IMG/VR virus record: IMGVR_UViG_3300033149_004104
Span: 1-64,000 of that record
Source of the DNA: an uncultured virus (IMG/VR IMGVR_UViG_3300033149_004104)
Taxonomy: Duplodnaviria > Heunggongvirae > Uroviricota > Caudoviricetes
Strand: one strand, 5' to 3'
Length of the DNA: 64,000 nucleotides
Below are positions 55,540 through 64,000 of this stretch, one piece after another (within the stretch, counting starts at the first letter, position 1; each line of letters begins with the position of its first letter). The notes under the pieces were generated by a model. The model was not told the origin of the DNA and ran no database searches. It saw nothing but the letters and a program-made list of their open reading frames with translations. Position numbers and translations under genes: made by a program.

Positions 55540-57117
55540 ATGGCATTATCAAATAGCTGGAGATTAGATGTTCGTGAAATAGATAAATCTAGTACAGTAC
55601 GCCTTTCTGTGAATACAACGGGTGCAATGGTAATACGAGCATCAAAAGGGCCTACTAAACCCGTTTTTATAAATCCTAATAAAGAACAGAGAATTATTAA
55701 TCTTTTGGGTAAACCTTCGGTAAGTTATCCTGATGTACAAGAGGTAATAGAATATAATAAGGAAGCCCCGGTGTGGGTTTCAGCTCCCTATGCTGTAAGT
55801 GATACTTATGGGGGGGTATTAGTTTCTTCTACTGGAACAGCTCCATTAGAAAGCGGACTTACTGATTCTGACATAGAAAGCTATACTTTTTCTGAAAGTT
55901 CACAATATTTTGTTCTTCTTTCAAGAAGTCCTTATAAAACTGATGACCTTGCAGTACTTGTAACTCAAACAATATTAAGGGAAAACGAGGCTAATGAGTT
56001 AAAAGCATTTGAAATTGAACTTTATCAAAAAGATAAGGGCCTTTGGGATTTAAAAAAAGAGTATACGGTATGTTTAGATAGCGAGGGAGTAGACGGATTT
56101 GGTAGAGGAATATATATAGAAGATGTTCTAGAAAACGACGATTTTCTTAAAGTTATAGTAAATGAAAATTATGATACAACGTTGACATTTAATGACGATT
56201 CTGAGAAAGTCGAATTTGCTGGAGGCTCTAGGACAGATCCTACGATTGAAGAGTTGACTGATGGGTGGGATTATTTTAAAAAACCAAGGCAATATGAAGC
56301 AAATATTTTTATGGACTGTACAGCTGATGATGGTATTCCATCTATTTTTAATAATTTACGAAATAATTATCAAAAATATGCGCACTATATTATAAAACTC
56401 CCTATGAGCGAGAATGTATCCACGGCTATTTCTACTAAACAAGATTACGGAATAGATAACAGGGGATTATCGTTTTCTTGGAATCATGGTAAGGTTAAAA
56501 ACTTTTATGGCGGATCCTCCTTTTGGACATCTCTTATAGGAAGAGTAGGTAGAAAATATGCTCAAATGGCGCCCATTTTTAATGGTGGAGCTCCTGCATG
56601 GATCGATGAGAATGGATATGGAGGTCAATTAGGCCCGGGAATAGAGGAAATGGAATTTGACCCTACTGAAACAGAATTGGAACAACTTGATGAGAATGGT
56701 ATTAATCCTATAATATTAGATCCGGGAGTTGGGGCTTTAATAGTATCACAGAGAACTGCCCAATCACCGACCAAACTTTCTGACACTTCTTGGATTGCTC
56801 ATAGCAGATTGTTCGATTTTATACTTAAGAATATAATAGAACAAGTTCTAGTACAACAAATTGTGAAACTTAATGATACACAACATAGGCAAATGGCTAA
56901 ATCTAAAGGCAACACAATTATGGCTTCTATAGCTGCTGAAAATCTAATATCTGATTATGCTATAATTTGTGATGAAACCAATAACACTGATGAAATGTTA
57001 GCGCAAAGATATTTTGTATATGATGTAATTCTTAAAGTAACTCCCTATTCAGAGCAGATAAGGTTTAACTTTGTTAACATAGGACAAACTGTAGAGGTAA
57101 GTGAGTTTGTGGGGTAA
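55540..57117 (+). CDS. Contractile tail sheath protein
   Basis: VREID...ASKGP N-terminus, FAGGS, APA, LDENGINPI, SQRT, RL, ICDETNNT...VILKVTP..EQIRFNF. Confidence 0.92.
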   Translation: MALSNSWRLDVREIDKSSTVRLSVNTTGAMVIRASKGPTKPVFINPNKEQRIINLLGKPSVSYPDVQEVIEYNKEAPVWVSAPYAVSDTYGGVLVSSTGTAPLESGLTDSDIESYTFSESSQYFVLLSRSPYKTDDLAVLVTQTILRENEANELKAFEIELYQKDKGLWDLKKEYTVCLDSEGVDGFGRGIYIEDVLENDDFLKVIVNENYDTTLTFNDDSEKVEFAGGSRTDPTIEELTDGWDYFKKPRQYEANIFMDCTADDGIPSIFNNLRNNYQKYAHYIIKLPMSENVSTAISTKQDYGIDNRGLSFSWNHGKVKNFYGGSSFWTSLIGRVGRKYAQMAPIFNGGAPAWIDENGYGGQLGPGIEEMEFDPTETELEQLDENGINPIILDPGVGALIVSQRTAQSPTKLSDTSWIAHSRLFDFILKNIIEQVLVQQIVKLNDTQHRQMAKSKGNTIMASIAAENLISDYAIICDETNNTDEMLAQRYFVYDVILKVTPYSEQIRFNFVNIGQTVEVSEFVG

Positions 57118-57155
57118 AATTTCTACTAATATAAAAGAAAGGAGATTTAGAAATT

Positions 57156-57674
57156 ATGAGTATAGAACAGCTATATGATTTAGGAGATGATGCTTTACAG
57201 AATTTATTTGAAATGACAATAGCTCCTACTCAATATCTATCAGAACTAGCACCTACTTTATTACGTGTTCAAAATTTAACTATCCCTGCTAGTGGTGCAA
57301 ATAAATATGAAGTTCATTACAAAACGGTAATGATAGAGAAAATAGGAGGTAAGCCTGATTCTCCTAAAGAGTTTACTTTTGATATACGAATCGACAGAAA
57401 TTACTTGGTATATAAAGGTCTTGTTGCTTGGAAGAATGCGGTTAGTAATACTAAGACAGGTGTTATGATGCCAGATACCGGTGGGTTAAGAGTCCCTATA
57501 ACAGTATATCCTGTGACCCCTGAAGGTGATAAAATTACAGGTTTTGGAGAATGGTTATTTGAAGGGTGTTGCCCCACTAATATAAGTGATATTGGATATG
57601 ATTATAGCTCGGGAGATCCCATTACGGTAACAGTTACTATGAGTTTTTTGGCCATGAATGATAACAATTTATAA
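57156..57674 (+). CDS. Tail tube protein
   Basis: Follows sheath; NLFEM, W...FEGCCPTNISDIGYDYS...VTVTMSF gp19-like pattern. Confidence 0.85.
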   Translation: MSIEQLYDLGDDALQNLFEMTIAPTQYLSELAPTLLRVQNLTIPASGANKYEVHYKTVMIEKIGGKPDSPKEFTFDIRIDRNYLVYKGLVAWKNAVSNTKTGVMMPDTGGLRVPITVYPVTPEGDKITGFGEWLFEGCCPTNISDIGYDYSSGDPITVTVTMSFLAMNDNNL

Positions 57675-57705
57675 TTTTTTAAAGCCTTTCCATATTTTAT
57701 TTTTT

Positions 57706-57730
57706 ATCCCTCTTTTTTGAGGGATTTTTT
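57706..57730 (+). terminator. Rho-independent terminator after the tube gene
   Basis: ATCCCTC/GAGGGAT stem followed by a T-run. Confidence 0.7.
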
Positions 57731-57767
57731 ATTCTCCAAGTAAATGAAAAATTACTAATATAATAGT

Positions 57768-58379
57768 ATGATTCTATTTAATAAATATCTAAGAAAACTT
57801 AGAGCACTCGACATTCAAAATCCTAATTTATGGGAATTCTATTTTACTGATAATCAAGATATTCAATTCAATGTGGTTAGTATGTCTTTACCTTTTAAAT
57901 CGTTAGAATTAGAAAAACATAATTCCGGATTACAGTATTACAGATCTTGTTCTTTAGAAGACTCCTTTTCTATTACTTTTAATGAAACCACCGACTTTGC
58001 TGTACTTTCTTATCTTAAAAGATGGTTTAATGAAATATACGATGAGGAAAATAGAGTTTTTAAAAGCGGTGATCATAATAAGATAGGAATAATGAATTTC
58101 AGTAAGCATGTGTTTTTTGACATTTTTAGCATTCTAGGCTTACCTGTTACACTTAAAGAACTAGAAAAAAATACTCTATCTGTTACATTTTATAATATGC
58201 TATTAGCATCTATTGATGCTATTGATTTATCTTACGATAATACATCTGGAGGATTTACAGTAAGTGCCGAATTTTCTTCTTCAGAAATTCAATTTGATTT
58301 CTCTAATATTAAACAACCGTTGTCTGCGGCTATAGAGTCTAGAATTTCTTCTGGATTATCAAGTATGAGATTAGAATAA
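57768..58379 (+). CDS. Tube-like baseplate / tube initiator protein
   Basis: TACTAATAT at 57753; tube-fold pattern (SITFNE...W...IDLSYD...VSAEF). Confidence 0.6.
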   Translation: MILFNKYLRKLRALDIQNPNLWEFYFTDNQDIQFNVVSMSLPFKSLELEKHNSGLQYYRSCSLEDSFSITFNETTDFAVLSYLKRWFNEIYDEENRVFKSGDHNKIGIMNFSKHVFFDIFSILGLPVTLKELEKNTLSVTFYNMLLASIDAIDLSYDNTSGGFTVSAEFSSSEIQFDFSNIKQPLSAAIESRISSGLSSMRLE

Positions 58380-58393
58380 GGAGATTATAAACC

Positions 58394-59434
58394 ATGAGTG
58401 ATGAAGTAAAGGATTTCTTTGTTAACGATGAAGAGAATAAACAGCAAGAGATACAAAAAAGTAAGAAAAAAGATCAAAGATCAGACATCGTACCTAATGA
58501 CTATATAAAAGTAAAATTAAGTACCTGTGGAAAACTTTCAGCTCCACCCATTGTTCATGTCAGAGACTATAGCGGGGAGGAGGCTTTTAAGCTTTCGTTG
58601 ATGAATGATGATAATATGGTAGAAACTATTATTGATGTAATAAATAATCTTCTATATGAAGATTTTGATGCTGGGAAATTTCACGAGAGGGAAGTAGAAG
58701 AAATTTTACTTAATATTCATGCCAACTTTTGGGATTCTACCATAAGCTATAATTATGAACCTACTGAGGAGGAGTTAAACGAATTAAAAGAAAGTGATAG
58801 TGAAAAATTAAAGAAAATCCAAAATAGCAATGAGCCCTTAAAAGTAGCTATTCCTATAACTAATATCGAAACTAAACCGTTGCCCGATAATTTCAGTGAG
58901 CCTATTTCTATAAAAGATAAGAATATAAAAGTTCAATTTATACTTCCTAGAATTGAACATATTCTTGAAACCAGCAAATATCTGCAGACAAAATTTGCCC
59001 AGGAAGATCAAAAATTTGCTACTTTAAAACAAATAATAAGCCATAATGATAGAATGAAAAGAGAGAGAAAATTTAATGAAATAGAATACATTTCAGAAGA
59101 TAAAATGCAAGAATATAATAATTATCAAATTAGAAGAACTAGAGAATATATATTAATACAGCAATCGCTACTGATTAAAAAAATTAATAATCAAAAATTA
59201 ATAACAATAAATGAAAAAAGAAAGGCGTATGAACGAATACCTCAGAGATTATGGGATGTCCTGGGAAATATACTAAATAAAGACCTGTTTTTTGGCGTAC
59301 AAAGAGAAGTAAAAGTCAAATCTCCATTAACTAACAAAAAAGTTACTAGGAGGTTTCAATTTCGATTATTGGATTTTATACCGACCCTGGAGTTACAGGA
59401 CACTTCAGGATATACTATTTCATTTGGGGAATAG
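58394..59434 (+). CDS. Baseplate hub assembly / tail chaperone protein (gp26-like)
   Basis: VKLSTCGKL...VRDYSGEE, position between tube genes and tape measure. Confidence 0.55.
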   Translation: MSDEVKDFFVNDEENKQQEIQKSKKKDQRSDIVPNDYIKVKLSTCGKLSAPPIVHVRDYSGEEAFKLSLMNDDNMVETIIDVINNLLYEDFDAGKFHEREVEEILLNIHANFWDSTISYNYEPTEEELNELKESDSEKLKKIQNSNEPLKVAIPITNIETKPLPDNFSEPISIKDKNIKVQFILPRIEHILETSKYLQTKFAQEDQKFATLKQIISHNDRMKRERKFNEIEYISEDKMQEYNNYQIRRTREYILIQQSLLIKKINNQKLITINEKRKAYERIPQRLWDVLGNILNKDLFFGVQREVKVKSPLTNKKVTRRFQFRLLDFIPTLELQDTSGYTISFGE

Positions 59435-59558
59435 TAATTTCAGTGAAACATATTTTGATTATATGAGAATGCCAGCTCATATAATTAGAGACAGATTTAA
59501 GAAGTGGAAAAAATTAATGGAAAAACAAAACATAAATAATAAAAGGTTTTCCTTATGA
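59331..59558 (+). CDS. Overlapping +1-frame ORF (gp51-like or frameshift extension), absent from ORF track
   Basis: Open 75 codons: ...YRPWSYRTLQDILFHLGNSNFSETYFDYMRMPAHIIRDRFKKWKKLME...; its stop overlaps the tape-measure ATG (ATGA). Confidence 0.5.
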   Translation, partial: LTKKLLGGFNFDYWILYRPWSYRTLQDILFHLGNSNFSETYFDYMRMPAHIIRDRFKKWKKLMEKQNINNKRFSL

Positions 59559-61870
59559 GTGATAGTATACCAATTTTAACAAGAAGAGAAGATACTCAAA
59601 ATTTAGGTACAGAGATAGAGAAGCATCTTTTTGATATATCAGATTCTTTAGGTAGAGTGAAGGAAAGATTTATACAGCAACAGGAGAGAACAGGAATTAT
59701 TGTAAAAAATGTTCTAGGCAATATAACAGATAACTTATTTAAAAAAAGAGAGAAAAAATATGAGATAGTGCCTCCGAATGAAGGACAACTTAAAAAAATG
59801 GGGGTCGAGGGCGCCAGTGCTGTATATTTAGGAGAAAAACTAGATGAAATAATAAAAGAAGATAAAAAAGAAGAAAGAAGAAAAGATGGAAAGGGACTTT
59901 TTACTGGTTTGGGTTTGGGGGCTACTGGGATAGGAGCAGTAGCGGCTAGATTATTTCCTAGTTTAATGAAAGTTCTCCCTTTAGCTGCAATTGCTGGAGG
60001 TATAATTTGGATGGTGGTTGATGGTATTAAAGCTTCAATAAAGGCTGAAGAATGGGGTGTTAGCAAAATATCCGCTATCCTTGGTGGTGTATTAGGAGGA
60101 ACGGGTAAAGGATTAGAAAATGCATTTAAAAATGCGGGGAAATTTGCATTGCTAGGCGCAGGTATAGGTACACTGATAGCCCCCGGATTAGGTACTATAG
60201 CTGGAGGGATTTTAGGCGCTGCTATAGGAGGGATTCTAGGTTTTATAGGTGGAGAAAAGATAGCTCAAAGCATTGAGAAAATAAAAGAAATAGGCGGCAA
60301 TGTGTGGGAAAAAGCTAAAGAAATACTCCCCACTCTAATTGATAATATATTTGGTGGCTTAATCGATAGAATTAAAGAAAAAATAGGTTCAATTAAGGAA
60401 ATATGGAAGGGCGACGACTCAATTGGAAGTAAAATAGGAGAAACCATAGGACATATTGTAACTTTTGTTCCCGGGGTTATATGGAAGTGGATCTTAGAAG
60501 ATATTTGGCCTCCTATATGGGAAAAAATAAATGAGTATAAAGATGAGCTTTTAGGAATAATTATTTCTCCTTTTACAGGAGCCTGGGAGGCAATTCTAGG
60601 ATGGAGGGAAAGATTTGGGAAAATTTGGAAAGACGAAGATAAAACTATTTGGACTAAAATAAAAGAAAGTGCTTTAAATTATATTTCATTTATTCCTCAA
60701 ATTTTAGGAGGGTTCTTTGGAGGATTGTTTACTTCAGTAAGAAATTTCTTTAAAAAAGTCTTTGGAAAAGAAGAAGACATAATGAGTGAAAAGGAACAAC
60801 GTGAAACTTCTAAGGAAACCGGTTCAATGATATTCGATTTATTTAAAATTATCACGGGTTTTTTAGGAGATATATTCAAAGGATTTCTTTCGGGTATAAG
60901 AAGCGGATTGGGATTAGATAAGGGCTGGTTCCAAGAAAAGATAATTAATCCCATAGTACAAACTATTGGGAACTTAATTTCTAAAGCTATAGAAATAAAG
61001 GAGAAAGCGGAAAAGTGGATAAAAGATCATATTACTGGGCCTATAGGTAATTTCTTCGGGGGAATAGGGAAAAGAATTTCAATTTTAATACATGGGGGAA
61101 CAATAGAAGGAGAAGAATATGAAGGAGTTGTTAACTGGGTAAAAACACGGTTTGCAGATCCCATAGTTAAATTTTTTAATAATTTAAAGGATAAAGTCGA
61201 TGAATATAAAACCAAGATATCAGACTGGGTAACTACGTATATTATTAACCCCGTGAAGAATTTTTTCAATATAATAGGTGAATTTTTAGCTAAGGCGCAA
61301 TTAACTGGTGCTAAGTTTGCCCATCCACTCCAGTTTGGTAAAATAGGAAGAAACATAGAACAACTCCTGGGGCTAGGTTTAACACATTCACAAATACTTA
61401 AATTAACAAGTGCAATAGAAGGCGATATACCCACATCGCTTAAACAAATTGTCTCTGAATTACAAAGGTGGTATGGTGTAGAGGCGAAGAGAAGCTACCT
61501 TCAAAGAAAATATGGAATAGAAGTAAAAGAAACAGAAAACGCTCAAGATGTTATTATTACTCCAGAAGGTAAGCTAATCAGAACTCATCCAGACGATACG
61601 CTTATAGCTACTAAAAATCCAGTAGTAAACGTCGATTCTGAATTTGATAAAGAAATTTCTAGTGATATTAGAAAATTGGAAAGAGAAACATCTTCTACAA
61701 TAATAGAACAAAATAATAAGATAATAGATTTGCTTTCCACAATAGCCGAAAGAACAATAGGAGAACAAAATAATAATGTATTGATTGATAGTAGAGGCGG
61801 AGTAGGCAGTGAATTTGATCCATTCTCTTCAATGCAAATTTTTAAAAAGGGGTTAGCTTATGGCGTATAG
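59555..61870 (+). CDS. Tape measure-like protein
   Basis: G/A-rich hydrophobic segment, periodic W/F helical repeats, C-terminal DVIITPEG...HPDDTLIATK. Confidence 0.75.
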   Translation: MSDSIPILTRREDTQNLGTEIEKHLFDISDSLGRVKERFIQQQERTGIIVKNVLGNITDNLFKKREKKYEIVPPNEGQLKKMGVEGASAVYLGEKLDEIIKEDKKEERRKDGKGLFTGLGLGATGIGAVAARLFPSLMKVLPLAAIAGGIIWMVVDGIKASIKAEEWGVSKISAILGGVLGGTGKGLENAFKNAGKFALLGAGIGTLIAPGLGTIAGGILGAAIGGILGFIGGEKIAQSIEKIKEIGGNVWEKAKEILPTLIDNIFGGLIDRIKEKIGSIKEIWKGDDSIGSKIGETIGHIVTFVPGVIWKWILEDIWPPIWEKINEYKDELLGIIISPFTGAWEAILGWRERFGKIWKDEDKTIWTKIKESALNYISFIPQILGGFFGGLFTSVRNFFKKVFGKEEDIMSEKEQRETSKETGSMIFDLFKIITGFLGDIFKGFLSGIRSGLGLDKGWFQEKIINPIVQTIGNLISKAIEIKEKAEKWIKDHITGPIGNFFGGIGKRISILIHGGTIEGEEYEGVVNWVKTRFADPIVKFFNNLKDKVDEYKTKISDWVTTYIINPVKNFFNIIGEFLAKAQLTGAKFAHPLQFGKIGRNIEQLLGLGLTHSQILKLTSAIEGDIPTSLKQIVSELQRWYGVEAKRSYLQRKYGIEVKETENAQDVIITPEGKLIRTHPDDTLIATKNPVVNVDSEFDKEISSDIRKLERETSSTIIEQNNKIIDLLSTIAERTIGEQNNNVLIDSRGGVGSEFDPFSSMQIFKKGLAYGV

Positions 61871-62609
61871 AATAAAAATACCCGAGGGAAAAAAAGTAAC
61901 TATAAATAAAAATGGAGAACCTTTACTTCCTAATACTCCACTTATCTTAGACGATGACGTAACCATTTCATTATCATCTTCTTTTTCTCCATTTTTAGGA
62001 GCTTTATTTTCATCTCCATCTACTAAAACAGCAAAAATAATTAGTTCATTAGGCGCAATTATAGCTAGAAAATTTGGAGAAGAAAGGGGAGTGTCAACTC
62101 AATTAAAACAATTTGGAATTCAAACTTGGGACTCCACTGATCCTATATCTTTAAATTTAACTTTTTCTTTTTTTAGAGGATTAAGAGGGCTTTATGATGC
62201 TAAGAAGGAAGTATACGACCCGATTATGACTTTATGTGAGTTGCCCTTGCCTTCCTTGGGTGTCTTAGATAGTGTATTAACCGCTCCTGGTCCAACTGGT
62301 GCAGAAGCAGTAGAAGAGGTGGCTTCTTTATTGAGTGAAGAGGCTAAGGCAGCGTTATCCGACCTTACAAATTATTATTCTATAAGAATAGGAAATATAA
62401 TCTCGATTTCAGGAATAGTTATACTTAAAGCAGAGCCCACTTTTACAAGCGAATGTGATGAAAGGGGATATCCCATTTGGGGGCAGATAAACTTAGATAT
62501 AAATTCAATAGAAACCGCTACTGTAGATTTATTAAGAGAAGGCGCTTCTCCTGTAGATAAGATCTCTCCCGAACCAAAGTATACGCCTCCGCCTTTAAGC
62601 GGGCCTTAA
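61860..62609 (+). CDS. Baseplate protein (tube-initiator-like)
   Basis: Follows tape measure; W..TDPISLNLTF, LP...APGP, IRIG, GYPI pattern. Confidence 0.55.
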   Translation: MAYRIKIPEGKKVTINKNGEPLLPNTPLILDDDVTISLSSSFSPFLGALFSSPSTKTAKIISSLGAIIARKFGEERGVSTQLKQFGIQTWDSTDPISLNLTFSFFRGLRGLYDAKKEVYDPIMTLCELPLPSLGVLDSVLTAPGPTGAEAVEEVASLLSEEAKAALSDLTNYYSIRIGNIISISGIVILKAEPTFTSECDERGYPIWGQINLDINSIETATVDLLREGASPVDKISPEPKYTPPPLSGP

Positions 62610-62633
62610 TCTTTAGAGGAGGGCAATTTAGTA

Positions 62634-62945
62634 ATGTTAACACGTTATTCCTTTATGAAAAGCTCAAATACTTTAGCTTCGGATGGTACTTATTATCCCG
62701 ATCCCTTAACTTTCTCTACTCAAAAATTTAGATTTACTGAATACGGTGTAGATTATTCTTTAATTGATATTGATATATCCAGATTTGATATATTAATAAG
62801 CAAAGTTTATAATAATCAAAGATACAAAGATTTAATACTCGATATTAATAATATCGATTATATTTGGAATCAAGAAATAGGACGAACAATAATTTTTCCT
62901 ACTAAATCTGATTTAGAAAGGTTTATCGAAGATTTTATAGAATAA
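62634..62945 (+). CDS. Baseplate wedge protein (gp53/LysM-like)
   Basis: RFDILISKVY...ILDINNI...GRTIIFP. Confidence 0.65.
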   Translation: MLTRYSFMKSSNTLASDGTYYPDPLTFSTQKFRFTEYGVDYSLIDIDISRFDILISKVYNNQRYKDLILDINNIDYIWNQEIGRTIIFPTKSDLERFIEDFIE

Positions 62946-64000
62946 TGAAATACTACGGATATAATATAAAATTAAAAATTAATAAGAGCGTTGATCTCGA
63001 TGATCCTAGTCTTTACTCTTTTTCTCTTACAGATAGTATCTTCAACTTACTTAATTTCGGCACTATATCGTTCTATGATATAGGCGGACATTTTAGAGAA
63101 TTTCTAATATTGGAAAACGGCAATGAAGTAAATGTAACTTTTGGTAGAGGGGAGACAATTAATAAATGTAATTATAATATAAAAAGTAACAGTATAGATA
63201 GAACAGAGAGTACAAATAGTATAACAGGAGAAATAAAAACAAAAGTAGAACATGCTTGGGGATCAGCAGATGAAAAAATAAAAAGCATTGCTTACGATGA
63301 TACGATATCTAATATAATTTTAAAACTTGCGAATAGCTATCAATTTAAAAATAAAGATATTACTACAACTCACGATAGAGATATTTGGTATCAACCTTTA
63401 TTAAATGATATTGATTTTATACAACAACAGTTATTGCCTAATGTGTATTCAACTTCAAGTAGCGATACTCCTTTATTTTGTTATACCACATACGATAACA
63501 ATATTCACCTTATTAGCGCAAAAGAAATGTTTGACAAAAAACCAGTAAAAGAATTGTTTTTTACTCCTGCATCTTATAAAGAATTTGAAAGCATGATATT
63601 TGTTTTAAAACACTGGACTGTTAATTCTGATGATTATGATAATTTGTTGAATCAAACCATTACTTATATAGATAAAGAGAGCGGTAGTATAATAGAAAAA
63701 ACAGATAAATTTAAAGATCATTTAATAAATAAAAGCGGTAAGTTATTTCACATAGGAGATGATAATCAAGCTAAAGGATACGAAAAATTCTTATATAAAG
63801 AAAAAGGGCAAAGAGAAAATATCTATAAAGGACAAATTATTAATAAATTAAAAAAGAATTATTTTATAAATGAGTTGATGATTACCTGCCCCTATGATCC
63901 TAATTTAAAAGCAGGAGAAACGATAAAGTTAAATATTTTTTTATCTGGGGAGGGAAAGAATCCTGTAAGATCAAAAAGACTCAGTGGAAAATATATAATT
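62945..64000 (+). CDS. Baseplate hub protein (gp27-like), 3' partial
   Basis: Open frame from ATG at 62945: DSIFN..FGTISFYD, WYQP, and near the window end PNLKAGETIKL...LSGKYI. Confidence 0.65.
   Translation, partial: MKYYGYNIKLKINKSVDLDDPSLYSFSLTDSIFNLLNFGTISFYDIGGHFREFLILENGNEVNVTFGRGETINKCNYNIKSNSIDRTESTNSITGEIKTKVEHAWGSADEKIKSIAYDDTISNIILKLANSYQFKNKDITTTHDRDIWYQPLLNDIDFIQQQLLPNVYSTSSSDTPLFCYTTYDNNIHLISAKEMFDKKPVKELFFTPASYKEFESMIFVLKHWTVNSDDYDNLLNQTITYIDKESGSIIEKTDKFKDHLINKSGKLFHIGDDNQAKGYEKFLYKEKGQRENIYKGQIINKLKKNYFINELMITCPYDPNLKAGETIKLNIFLSGEGKNPVRSKRLSGKYII

Noticed and set aside
381..61768. Short minus-strand ORFs opposite genes throughout the window
   Set aside because: All lie antisense to longer motif-bearing + strand genes and show the F/L/S/I-rich composition expected from reversed AT-rich codons.

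Overview
AT-rich (roughly 30% GC) segment of a large T4-like myovirus genome with essentially all genes on the + strand. Gene order: a tandem array of Dam-like methyltransferases; RNA-repair genes (Rnl2, Pnk, Rnl1); SbcC and SbcD; large terminase; DnaC-like loader and DnaB helicase; head module (portal, protease-scaffold, major capsid); neck genes; then sheath, tube, tape measure and baseplate. Five things stand out. (1) Thirteen genes in the late region share a Trp-rich GxWxx pentapeptide array and a conserved C-terminal tag behind four different N-terminal domains, with clear mosaicism between copies. (2) A 112-nt RNA gene at 14579-14690 has the full tRNA-like domain of tmRNA (G3.U70, GAC D-loop, T-arm) but no mRNA-like domain. 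(3) A roughly 28-aa 'LEKGDKI' module and an 'MIKI...E' leader recur in unrelated late proteins and are candidate capsid-targeting signals. (4) A TACTAATAT late-promoter motif occurs at 15 sites, one of which appears to drive a nested scaffold gene. (5) There are two candidate frameshift sites. All product calls come from motif recognition and gene order only; no searches were run.
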